Shown here in pieces: positions 1-6,018 of a stretch of DNA of 8,110 nt. How positions within the stretch are numbered: the first letter of the stretch is position 1; each line of letters opens with the position of its first letter. The DNA comes from a virus (lineage: Duplodnaviria > Heunggongvirae > Uroviricota > Caudoviricetes): the IMG/VR virus record IMGVR_UViG_2740892369_000015; one strand, written 5' to 3'. The notes under the pieces were generated by a model, which was not told the origin of the DNA, searched no databases, and worked only from the letters and a program-made list of their open reading frames with translations. The position numbers and the translations under genes were made by a program.

Positions 1-136
1 AACCGAAAGTCAGTGCTGGCTGTTTTTTTCCTTAATAAGGCATCTGTAACTGAAACAATCCGCATATTGATAATATATTGACAGGCATCATTGCTGTCTG
101 TGAAAAATAAGTCTCTACAAACATATAAGGCCTTTT

Positions 137-177
137 AGCCAGCGTCTTCTTTTTCAGGTCAGTCGCTGGCTTTTTTT
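137..177 (+). terminator. Candidate plus-strand intrinsic terminator (8-bp stem, long loop, T7 run)
   Basis: AGCCAGCG (137-144) pairs with CGCTGGCT (164-171), followed directly by TTTTTTT (171-177). The 19-nt loop is long for a canonical terminator. A similar CTGGCTG+T7 motif at 17-30 looks like the 3' half of a second such hairpin cut by the window edge. Confidence 0.3.
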
Positions 178-178
178 A

Positions 179-2044
179 TTATGCTGCCGGTGCATTTATC
201 TCCAGCATCAGACTTTCTATCTCAACGCCATACGCTGCATTTTTTGTAACATCCGTCAGCGTCAGCGCATTCAGTCCCAGTGTCAGACTGTCTTTTATAA
301 CCTGGAATGCCGGGCCAGCCACTCCATTCAGTTTCGGAGTAACCGTGGCACTGCCGGCGGTGAACACCAGCTCCAGCGTCTGCCAGTCGTTACCGTAATC
401 GCCGAACTCCCCCAGCTTCGTGTTTCCGGCTTTCCTGTGATGCATCAGATTCACTCTGCCGTCAGTGGTCTGAGTGAAGTACGACATCAGGAACGGATTA
501 CCGGTACCCGTCATCGCCACACCATCAGGAACGGGAGCATCCGTATACAGATAAATCCCCAGCCCGAACTGATTGTTGGTCAGCGCGCCTGACAGGCGGA
601 ACTTACAGGTCAGTCTGCCGCCCTGTGTCAGCAGGGTAATTGCGTCATCCACCGGATGCGTCAGGGACCAGGTTTTATTGCTCTGCTTGGCGATCTTAAA
701 TACACCACCCGACAACTGAATTCCGCCGTCCTTAATGGTCCAGCCCTGCGCAGCAGCCTCTCCGGCTGTCGGCAGCAGGGAGATTGTGCGAACGGACGTA
801 TCTGCAGACGGACCCGATGGCGTGTCGCCGCCGGGCGAGGGTTTGATTTCCGGTGCCTTACCACTGATGAAAGCTGAGGTGCGCCCGGCTGCGTTCAGAA
901 TAGCGGTTGCCATACGATCCGGAATAATGCTCCTGCGCGCCCATGAACTGAAATGTGTCGGGCGGTTTGATGATACCTGGTTTCCATTCGTTCTCGATGC
1001 CGCACCGTAATATCCTGATGCCGGAATATCCGGATCTTCTGCCGGTGCGTTAGTGGCGGTATTGACGCCGTTACCGTCTGTCATGAAGGGCACAAAATAA
1101 ACGCCCTCACTCTCCCTGTTTTTATACCCGCCGTACACGGTGTCGTACTGGGTAGCGTATGTATTTTTCCAGTAATACGTCGTGTCACCACAAATCCACG
1201 GCACATTTACAGCACTGCCACCATGACACTGCGCGTTAAACACAGTGAGGTCAGCACGAAACTGCTTCAGCATGGCTGTAAACAGCGCAGGTTGCTGTGC
1301 GTAGGTGGCGGCGCTCATGTCAAACTCTCCCTGCATCCAGCACACCGCCAGCAACACATTTTTCGGGTTCTTCTGTAATGCAGCTTTAGTGCGCGCAATC
1401 AGGTCCTGATATAACGGTTTACCCACACCCCAGCGTGCCGAATCCTGGCTGGCCCCCGTGTCCGCACTGAATGTCCCCTCCGCGCCCTGGGTGAATGCCG
1501 AACCACCACGACAGCATGGTGCCAGCAGGATCCCCGCGTTATTCGGGATATACGGAAGCAGTTTTTTGGCAATATGTAAGCCCTGGCCGACACAGCCGTA
1601 CTGCCCTTTGCTCAGGTCTGCCTTCGGATGATTCAGCGTACTCATATCCTGCACATCATGCAGGCAGTGGTCGGCCGGAATAATATCGTTATATCTGCAG
1701 GCAGCCCCACCCGGCGTCACTGTACTGCGGCGCGCCAGCTGTTTAATGCGCGGATCCGGAGCATCGTATGAATCCGGCAGCGGAAGCCCTTCACCGTAAG
1801 CCATGGCATTGGACTGCCCGGCCAGTACGATGACGTAGTACCAATCCGGCTCAGTTGCACCACTGACCACCACATCACCTTCTGCTGTAATCGCCTGCAT
1901 CAGAGTATAAGGGGTTATGGCCACCGGACTACCAAACGGCTGCCAGCCCTCTTTCAGTTTATGTGTCAGCTTTTCCGCAAGATCTGACGGCGACGCAGCC
2001 CTGACAACATCATAGTGTTTAAATGCCATGGTTCTTTCCACCAT
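179..2044 (-). CDS. nanS: Prophage NanS-p-type sialate (9-O-acetyl-Neu5Ac) O-acetylesterase, SGNH-hydrolase family
   Basis: 621-codon ORF with the SGNH block-I motif GQSN (VLAGQSNAMAYGEG) and the size and position (immediately downstream of the stx-equivalent slot) typical of NanS-p esterases of EHEC prophages. The true start is probably the second Met (ATG 2027-2029, MAFKHYDVV), which is preceded by GGTGGAAAG; the first Met at 2044 has no Shine-Dalgarno. Confidence 0.8.
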   Translation of the reverse strand: MVERTMAFKHYDVVRAASPSDLAEKLTHKLKEGWQPFGSPVAITPYTLMQAITAEGDVVVSGATEPDWYYVIVLAGQSNAMAYGEGLPLPDSYDAPDPRIKQLARRSTVTPGGAACRYNDIIPADHCLHDVQDMSTLNHPKADLSKGQYGCVGQGLHIAKKLLPYIPNNAGILLAPCCRGGSAFTQGAEGTFSADTGASQDSARWGVGKPLYQDLIARTKAALQKNPKNVLLAVCWMQGEFDMSAATYAQQPALFTAMLKQFRADLTVFNAQCHGGSAVNVPWICGDTTYYWKNTYATQYDTVYGGYKNRESEGVYFVPFMTDGNGVNTATNAPAEDPDIPASGYYGAASRTNGNQVSSNRPTHFSSWARRSIIPDRMATAILNAAGRTSAFISGKAPEIKPSPGGDTPSGPSADTSVRTISLLPTAGEAAAQGWTIKDGGIQLSGGVFKIAKQSNKTWSLTHPVDDAITLLTQGGRLTCKFRLSGALTNNQFGLGIYLYTDAPVPDGVAMTGTGNPFLMSYFTQTTDGRVNLMHHRKAGNTKLGEFGDYGNDWQTLELVFTAGSATVTPKLNGVAGPAFQVIKDSLTLGLNALTLTDVTKNAAYGVEIESLMLEINAPAA

Positions 2045-2288
2045 CTGAAAAATAATTCTTTAAAATACCTGACATGTAATACAGAAAAAACACAAAACCA
2101 TACCTTAAATAAAAACCTGATTATCAAGCAGATATGCATGGATAAACTACAAGACGAGATATAAACCACCCTGTATTTAAATAAACAATAAACAACATCA
2201 GAAAAATAATTCTGCTCTATGGTTTAATTCAAAAATATCATTTATACTTTTCAGAACATTACCAGCAAGGCATAAACAAGGAAAGTAA

Positions 2289-2624
2289 ATGAAGTGGATT
2301 GTGATTGATACAGTTATCCAGCCATCATGCGGAATATCTTTTTCAGTCATATGGAGTAAAATAAAATTAATAATCTGGTATCAATCGGATGCTTTCTTAC
2401 CTCCTGAAAGTATATTTACACTGACTCACACAGGCATCATGCTCAATAACAAAGTGCTACCTGTAACCATTTACAACGTAGTACCATTCAATAAAACATT
2501 CTGGAATTTAATCAAAAACAGCCAGGAATGCCCTACAAATACAGATAACGTATTGAATGAATGCTTTAATAACCGTTGCACTCTGCAAATATGTCCTTAT
2601 GGACTAAAACAACAAAGTCCATAA
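2289..2624 (+). CDS. Hypothetical Cys-containing protein (111 aa) in an AT-rich islet, oriented against late transcription
   Basis: ATG preceded by AAGGAAAG at appropriate spacing. A 336-nt open frame is unlikely by chance in such AT-rich DNA. A perfect 12-bp inverted repeat (2594-2605 / 2616-2627, 10-nt loop) spans its stop codon and is followed by GTTTACTC. No homolog recognised by eye. Confidence 0.4.
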   Translation: MKWIVIDTVIQPSCGISFSVIWSKIKLIIWYQSDAFLPPESIFTLTHTGIMLNNKVLPVTIYNVVPFNKTFWNLIKNSQECPTNTDNVLNECFNNRCTLQICPYGLKQQSP

Positions 2625-2642
2625 GGAGTTTACTCACATCTG

Positions 2643-2678
2643 ACAAAATCAATATAAACAGCCCCTCCGGAGAGGGGC
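2643..2678 (-). terminator. Rho-independent terminator for minus-strand transcripts
   Basis: On the minus strand GCCCCTC-TCCG-GAGGGGC (7-bp GC-rich stem, 4-nt loop; plus coordinates 2661-2678) is followed by TGTTTATATTGATTTTGT. The plus strand has no T-tract after the hairpin. Confidence 0.5.
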
Positions 2679-3071
2679 TGGAGAGTGGCGCTATGTGCCA
2701 TTGCATGGTGCCGGGTGCCTCCCGGTGAATTCAGTACCAGCACCTGAATCCGCGATTATCCCATATACCTACTCGCTGATTGCCCCTCCGCACAGGGGGA
2801 TTCACCATGCCAGTTTCTTTTAACAAACTCCCCGCAAACCAGACAACAGTCAACCGCCTGAATTGTGAAGTATTTAAAAATTTCTCCCGCTAACTGATAC
2901 CCGGCTAACAGTCTGGCGTTTTCTTTTTCAGCAACGGGAAAGCAACAACCACCACACCCGCCACCAGTACACAGTCAGCCAGCACTGACATTATCCGGCT
3001 GCTGCAATGCCATTCACAAAAACAGTAAGCAATCACTTTTTACCGTAACAGGTGATAATCCAGATATGTAT

Positions 3072-3398
3072 CTACCCCAGATGAGTAATCCGAAGTTCAT
3101 CCATACCACAGGTCCTGGCTATTCTGTTGTACTCCTGAACAAGAGCAAATAATTCTGAATTAGCAACCATGAACTCATCGCAAACCCTCTGTATAGCATC
3201 ACTATTCAGAAGAATAACGTCTCTTCCCGAAAGACGATCAGGAGTACAGAACAAAACTGTCAAACGGCTGAAGGCCTTTGCTCGTGCTGCATTGACTATA
3301 TCAATACGCTGCCTAAGGATGAAACACCCCGACGCCTCATCAATATTCACTCTACCCACACCATATGAATGATAAATATTTAATACTGAAAAAACCAT
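3072..3398 (-). CDS. Hypothetical protein (108 aa from ATG 3398; the ORF track extends it to a TTG at 3425) in the stx-equivalent cargo position
   Basis: Open frame co-oriented with the late operon, with protein-like composition. There is no strong Shine-Dalgarno. A weak sigma70-like promoter can be drawn upstream on the minus strand (TTGTCA at 3453-3448, 17-nt spacer, AAGTAT at 3430-3425). Not recognisably similar to Stx A or B subunits. Confidence 0.35.
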   Translation of the reverse strand: MVFSVLNIYHSYGVGRVNIDEASGCFILRQRIDIVNAARAKAFSRLTVLFCTPDRLSGRDVILLNSDAIQRVCDEFMVANSELFALVQEYNRIARTCGMDELRITHLG

Positions 3399-3535
3399 TA
3401 GACCGTATAACAAACACTCAATCAATACTTAACAGAACTTTTATTTTTGACAAACATATAATATTTTCAACAATATCCTGAGCCAGGTATATTCCAGTAT
3501 AAGGCTCTGCCGGAAGAAATCTGGAAGAATGAATA

Positions 3536-3612
3536 TGGCGCGTTGTACTGGATTCGAACCAGTGACCGATTGCTTAGAAGGCAATTGCTCTGTCCGGCTG
3601 AGCTAACAACGC
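3536..3612 (-). tRNA. tRNA-Arg (anticodon UCU)
   Basis: Reverse complement is GCGTTGTTAGCTCAGCCGGACAGAGCAATTGCCTTCTAAGCAATCGGTCACTGGTTCGAATCCAGTACAACGCGCCA. It has a 7-bp acceptor stem, D-arm GCTC/GAGC, anticodon stem ATTGC/GCAAT with loop CTTCTAA, T-arm ACTGG-TTCGAAT-CCAGT and an encoded CCA; 77 nt. Confidence 0.85.
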
Positions 3613-3625
3613 ATAATGCAGATAA

Positions 3626-3702
3626 TGGATTGCCATCGGGGACCCGGGCCCCACACAGCCAGTTTCGAAAGCTGACGCTCTCTGCCGATGAGCTAATGGC
3701 GG
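3626..3702 (-). tRNA. Degenerate tRNA-Arg-like gene (anticodon loop TTTCGAA, i.e. UCG), possibly a pseudo-tRNA
   Basis: Reverse complement is CCGCCATTAGCTCATCGGCAGAGAGCGTCAGCTTTCGAAACTGGCTGTGTGGGGCCCGGGTCCCCGATGGCAATCCA, exactly 77 nt in canonical tRNA layout with a good D-arm. The acceptor stem has 2 mismatches, the anticodon stem is weak, and the T-loop CCCGGGT lacks the TTC motif. Confidence 0.5.
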
Positions 3703-3709
3703 TATGTGA

Positions 3710-3785
3710 TGGTGGCCCTTGCTGGATTTGAACCAGCGACCTGGCGATTATGAGTCGCTCGCTCTCACCACTGAGCTAAAGGGCC
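3710..3785 (-). tRNA. tRNA with CAU anticodon (Ile2-lysidine type or Met; ileX/ileZ-like)
   Basis: Reverse complement is GGCCCTTTAGCTCAGTGGTGAGAGCGAGCGACTCATAATCGCCAGGTCGCTGGTTCAAATCCAGCAAGGGCCACCA. Acceptor GGCCCTT/AAGGGCC, anticodon loop CTCATAA, T-loop TTCAAAT, encoded CCA. It closely resembles E. coli ileX as recalled from memory. Confidence 0.85.
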
Positions 3786-3834
3786 GGTAGCAGAATAATA
3801 ATGGTGCGTAATTAATTCTGCAATCCCATCCGTT

Positions 3835-4884
3835 TCAAACGATTAAATCCTGAACTTCCCTGACTGTCTGTTCAAAACGTCCTGTCTCCAGCTCAACACC
3901 AATCGCACAACGCCCCAGTGCCATCGCCGCTTTTACCGTTGAACCTGAACCCATAAAAAAATCTGCAACCAGGTCTCCCGGACGACTGCTCGCGTTGATT
4001 ATCTGCTGCAGCATTTCTGCCGGTTTTTCGCACGGATGTTTCCCTGGATAGTACTGCACCGGTTTATGCGTCCAGACATCGGTGTACGGAACCTGCGCCG
4101 TCACACCGAAATACCGCCGCAAATTTTTATATTCACTCAGCAGTTCCGTATACTGCCGGTTCAGCCCACTGTATGTGCTGACCAGCTGGTGGTGTGGCTT
4201 TTCCAGTTCCCCGCGCTGATGTTTTTCTGCCGCAACACGCGCAAACAACGCCTGCAATTTGTTGTAATTACCCTCGTTCGGTAACTGCCACTGACTGGTA
4301 CCAAACCAGTGCGAAGCCATGTTTTTCTTTCCGGTGGCTTCCGCTATCTGTTTTGACGTTATTCCCAGTGATTTACGCGCATCACGAAAGTAAGAAATCA
4401 GCGGGGCCATGACGTGCTGTTTTAGCTCGCGCCCCTGTGCCACATAGCCATCATCTTTCGGGCGATACGGTCCCTGATAATGTTCTGCAAACAGAATGCG
4501 CTCTGTTGCCGGAAAATACGCCCGCAGACTTTCCTTATTGCACCCGTTCCAGCGTCCGGACGGCTTCGCCCAGATAATATGGTTCAGCACATTAAAGCGC
4601 TCACGCATCATGATTTCGGTGTCAGATGCCAGGCGATGACCAAAGAACAGGTAAAGACTTCCGGCAGGCTTCAGTACCCGCCAGAACTGCGCCAGACACT
4701 GGTCCAGCCATTTCAGGTAATCATCGTCGCCCTCCCACTGGTTATCCCAGCCCTCGGGCTTCACTTTAAAGTATGGCGGGTCTGTGACTATCAGATCGAC
4801 AGAGTTTTCCGGTAAGGTCTGGATAAATTCCAGGCAATCAGCGTTGATTAACTCACAACTGGATATTTTTACAGTATTAATCAT
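3835..4884 (-). CDS. Beta-class DNA methyltransferase (N6-adenine or N4-cytosine), apparently orphan
   Basis: 349 aa with catalytic motif IV DPPY (LIVTDPPYF) near the N-terminus and AdoMet motif I FxGxG (FFMGSGST) near the C-terminus, the order typical of beta-class amino-MTases. No restriction endonuclease ORF is adjacent. The ATG at 4882-4884 overlaps the stop of an upstream frame as ATGA. Confidence 0.85.
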   Translation of the reverse strand: MINTVKISSCELINADCLEFIQTLPENSVDLIVTDPPYFKVKPEGWDNQWEGDDDYLKWLDQCLAQFWRVLKPAGSLYLFFGHRLASDTEIMMRERFNVLNHIIWAKPSGRWNGCNKESLRAYFPATERILFAEHYQGPYRPKDDGYVAQGRELKQHVMAPLISYFRDARKSLGITSKQIAEATGKKNMASHWFGTSQWQLPNEGNYNKLQALFARVAAEKHQRGELEKPHHQLVSTYSGLNRQYTELLSEYKNLRRYFGVTAQVPYTDVWTHKPVQYYPGKHPCEKPAEMLQQIINASSRPGDLVADFFMGSGSTVKAAMALGRCAIGVELETGRFEQTVREVQDLIV

Positions 4885-5034
4885 AGATCAATAAGCACTT
4901 CTCTGATAGGCTCATACCGCTTTTGCGCAAAGCAGATGGGCCTGAGGTTTGCTTGTGACCCCAACGCATGAGCAGATGGCTGGCAGGTGCCGCTAACACC
5001 CACCAGCCGCCCATTACCACAAATTAAAAAGCCT

Positions 5035-5232
5035 TCACTGCGGAAGGCGTCTGTAACAACCGAACTGATAATCTGCCAGACCCGCCATAACAAGCTGAGT
5101 CAGTATTAACTGGCAGCGTTCGCGTGAAAGGTAAGTATTCTGCGCAATTTCCCCGACGGTCGCCGGTTCGGTGACGCTTAATTCATTAAACACCACTCTG
5201 GCGGTTTCGGTCATATCCTGCTGTTTTAGCAT
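5035..5232 (-). CDS. Hypothetical small protein (65 aa from ATG 5232; the ORF track extends it to 5355), possible winged-helix fold
   Basis: First gene after the tR'-like terminator. Internal ATG at 5230-5232 is preceded by AAGGGAAAAAAGC. The extended start at 5355 would lie inside the terminator, so it is unlikely. Function unknown. Confidence 0.4.
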   Translation of the reverse strand: MLKQQDMTETARVVFNELSVTEPATVGEIAQNTYLSRERCQLILTQLVMAGLADYQFGCYRRLPQ

Positions 5233-5351
5233 GCTTTTTTCCCTTTTCCGGTTAACGTGACATACCAATACCTCTTGTCGAAAAAGCCAGCAAGCTGAAA
5301 GACCAGTATTCACAACTACCAGCGCGTTTAATGTTCTGTGCCGTTTTTCAG

Positions 5352-5380
5352 ACATAAAAAAACCCGCATAAAGCGGGTTC
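5352..5380 (-). terminator. Rho-independent terminator immediately downstream of the Q-like gene (tR'-like)
   Basis: On the minus strand AACCCGC-TTTA-TGCGGGTT (plus 5361-5379) is followed by TTTTTTTATG. Position is analogous to lambda tR', which ends the short pR' transcript unless Q-modified. Confidence 0.6.
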
Positions 5381-5463
5381 TTTCAGGTGTCCATGTCTGC
5401 TATTCGCCTCGCGGTATAGCTTTGCGAAGCGTAGCTGGATTGAAACAGTTTATGCGTAAAAAA

Positions 5464-6018
5464 TCAAGACATTTTTTGAGCAAACGATTCTCGCATAGGG
5501 ATGTATAGCGCATATTCAGCAACAGCCAACCAATTAGCAATTCGCTTTTCGCATGTACTAAAACACCATTCCGGGTGCACCTCATTCAACAATTCAGCCA
5601 TTTTGCGTTTACTCATCCCCCGCCCTTCGTACCTTTGCCGCAGGATATCAATCAATCCAGGATAACGTGCAAGCGCTTTACTTATCACCCCATCAATGCG
5701 TAACGCCTCTGCATCAGTACAGTGAGACAACCAGCTCTTCTGTCTGCCAGCGATCATCTCTCGCAAGAATGCTTCCAGCTCTGGTTTATCAATCCCTGAC
5801 TCCCTGATTCTACGCAGGGCTTCATTGATTGCGGTTTTTGTCAGTTTTTTGGATGCCAGCAACTGATTGAACATATTTCCTGGTTTGCCACCACCTATAT
5901 ACGACCAACGCCCCCACATCCGTAATTTCCCCTGGATCCAGACGGCTTCCAGCGTTTTTAGACGTAAATGCTCGCCGCTTTTGCCTGTAATTTCCGGGTA
6001 TATCATATTTACGATCAC
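5464..6018 (-). CDS. Putative late-gene antiterminator (Q-like), assigned mainly by synteny
   Basis: 180-184 aa ORF directly after rusA and directly before a tR'-like terminator and the tRNA cluster, the canonical slot of Q in lambdoid phages. The GTG start at 6018 overlaps the rusA stop; an ATG 12 nt downstream (6004-6006) is an alternative. No lambda-Q zinc-finger signature is seen, so the family is uncertain. Confidence 0.5.
   Translation of the reverse strand: MIVNMIYPEITGKSGEHLRLKTLEAVWIQGKLRMWGRWSYIGGGKPGNMFNQLLASKKLTKTAINEALRRIRESGIDKPELEAFLREMIAGRQKSWLSHCTDAEALRIDGVISKALARYPGLIDILRQRYEGRGMSKRKMAELLNEVHPEWCFSTCEKRIANWLAVAEYALYIPMRESFAQKMS

Noticed and set aside
656-1683. Plus-strand ORFs 656-877, 735-1010 and 1495-1683, and minus-strand ORFs 661-864 and 1399-1593, inside the nanS-p gene
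   Set aside because: All are antisense or out of frame within a long ORF that has clear SGNH-esterase motifs. Their compositions are Arg/Ser/Pro-rich, which is typical of wrong-frame artifacts.
1966-2169. 67-aa minus-strand ORF overlapping the nanS-p start
   Set aside because: Out-of-frame overlap with the nanS-p N-terminus, runs into AT-rich DNA, has no RBS, and the peptide is low-complexity.
2640-3071. Retron (msr/msd) or CRISPR array as an explanation for the hairpin-rich noncoding segment
   Set aside because: There is no reverse-transcriptase ORF nearby and no regularly spaced direct repeats. The two GCCCCTCCG copies are 121 bp apart and are not part of an array.
3169-3372. 67-aa plus-strand ORF antisense to the 3072-3398 ORF
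   Set aside because: Ser/Arg-rich and lacks an RBS. The minus-strand frame is longer and more protein-like.
3447-3462. Perfect TTGACA and TATAAT hexamers on the plus strand
   Set aside because: They are separated by only 4 bp, so they cannot act together as a sigma70 promoter. No properly spaced partner was found for either on the plus strand.
2045-3535. Shiga toxin genes (stxA/stxB) expected at this position in Stx phages
   Set aside because: No ORF of the right size, and no RIP active-site-like or B-pentamer-like translation in any frame. This is a stx-negative backbone.
3543-3731. 62-aa plus-strand ORF across the tRNA cluster
   Set aside because: It overlaps three tRNA genes on the opposite strand, so it is an artifact of the structured RNA sequence.
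4036-4815. Plus-strand ORFs 4036-4284, 4194-4412 and 4480-4815, antisense to the methyltransferase
   Set aside because: They lie inside a well-supported methyltransferase gene on the other strand and have no motifs or translation signals.
4881-5093. 70-aa minus-strand ORF with a TTG start, ATGA-overlapping the methyltransferase start
   Set aside because: It has no ATG, a Trp/Cys-rich improbable composition, and overlaps the more plausible 65-aa ORF. It is kept only as a possible coupling frame in the methyltransferase finding.
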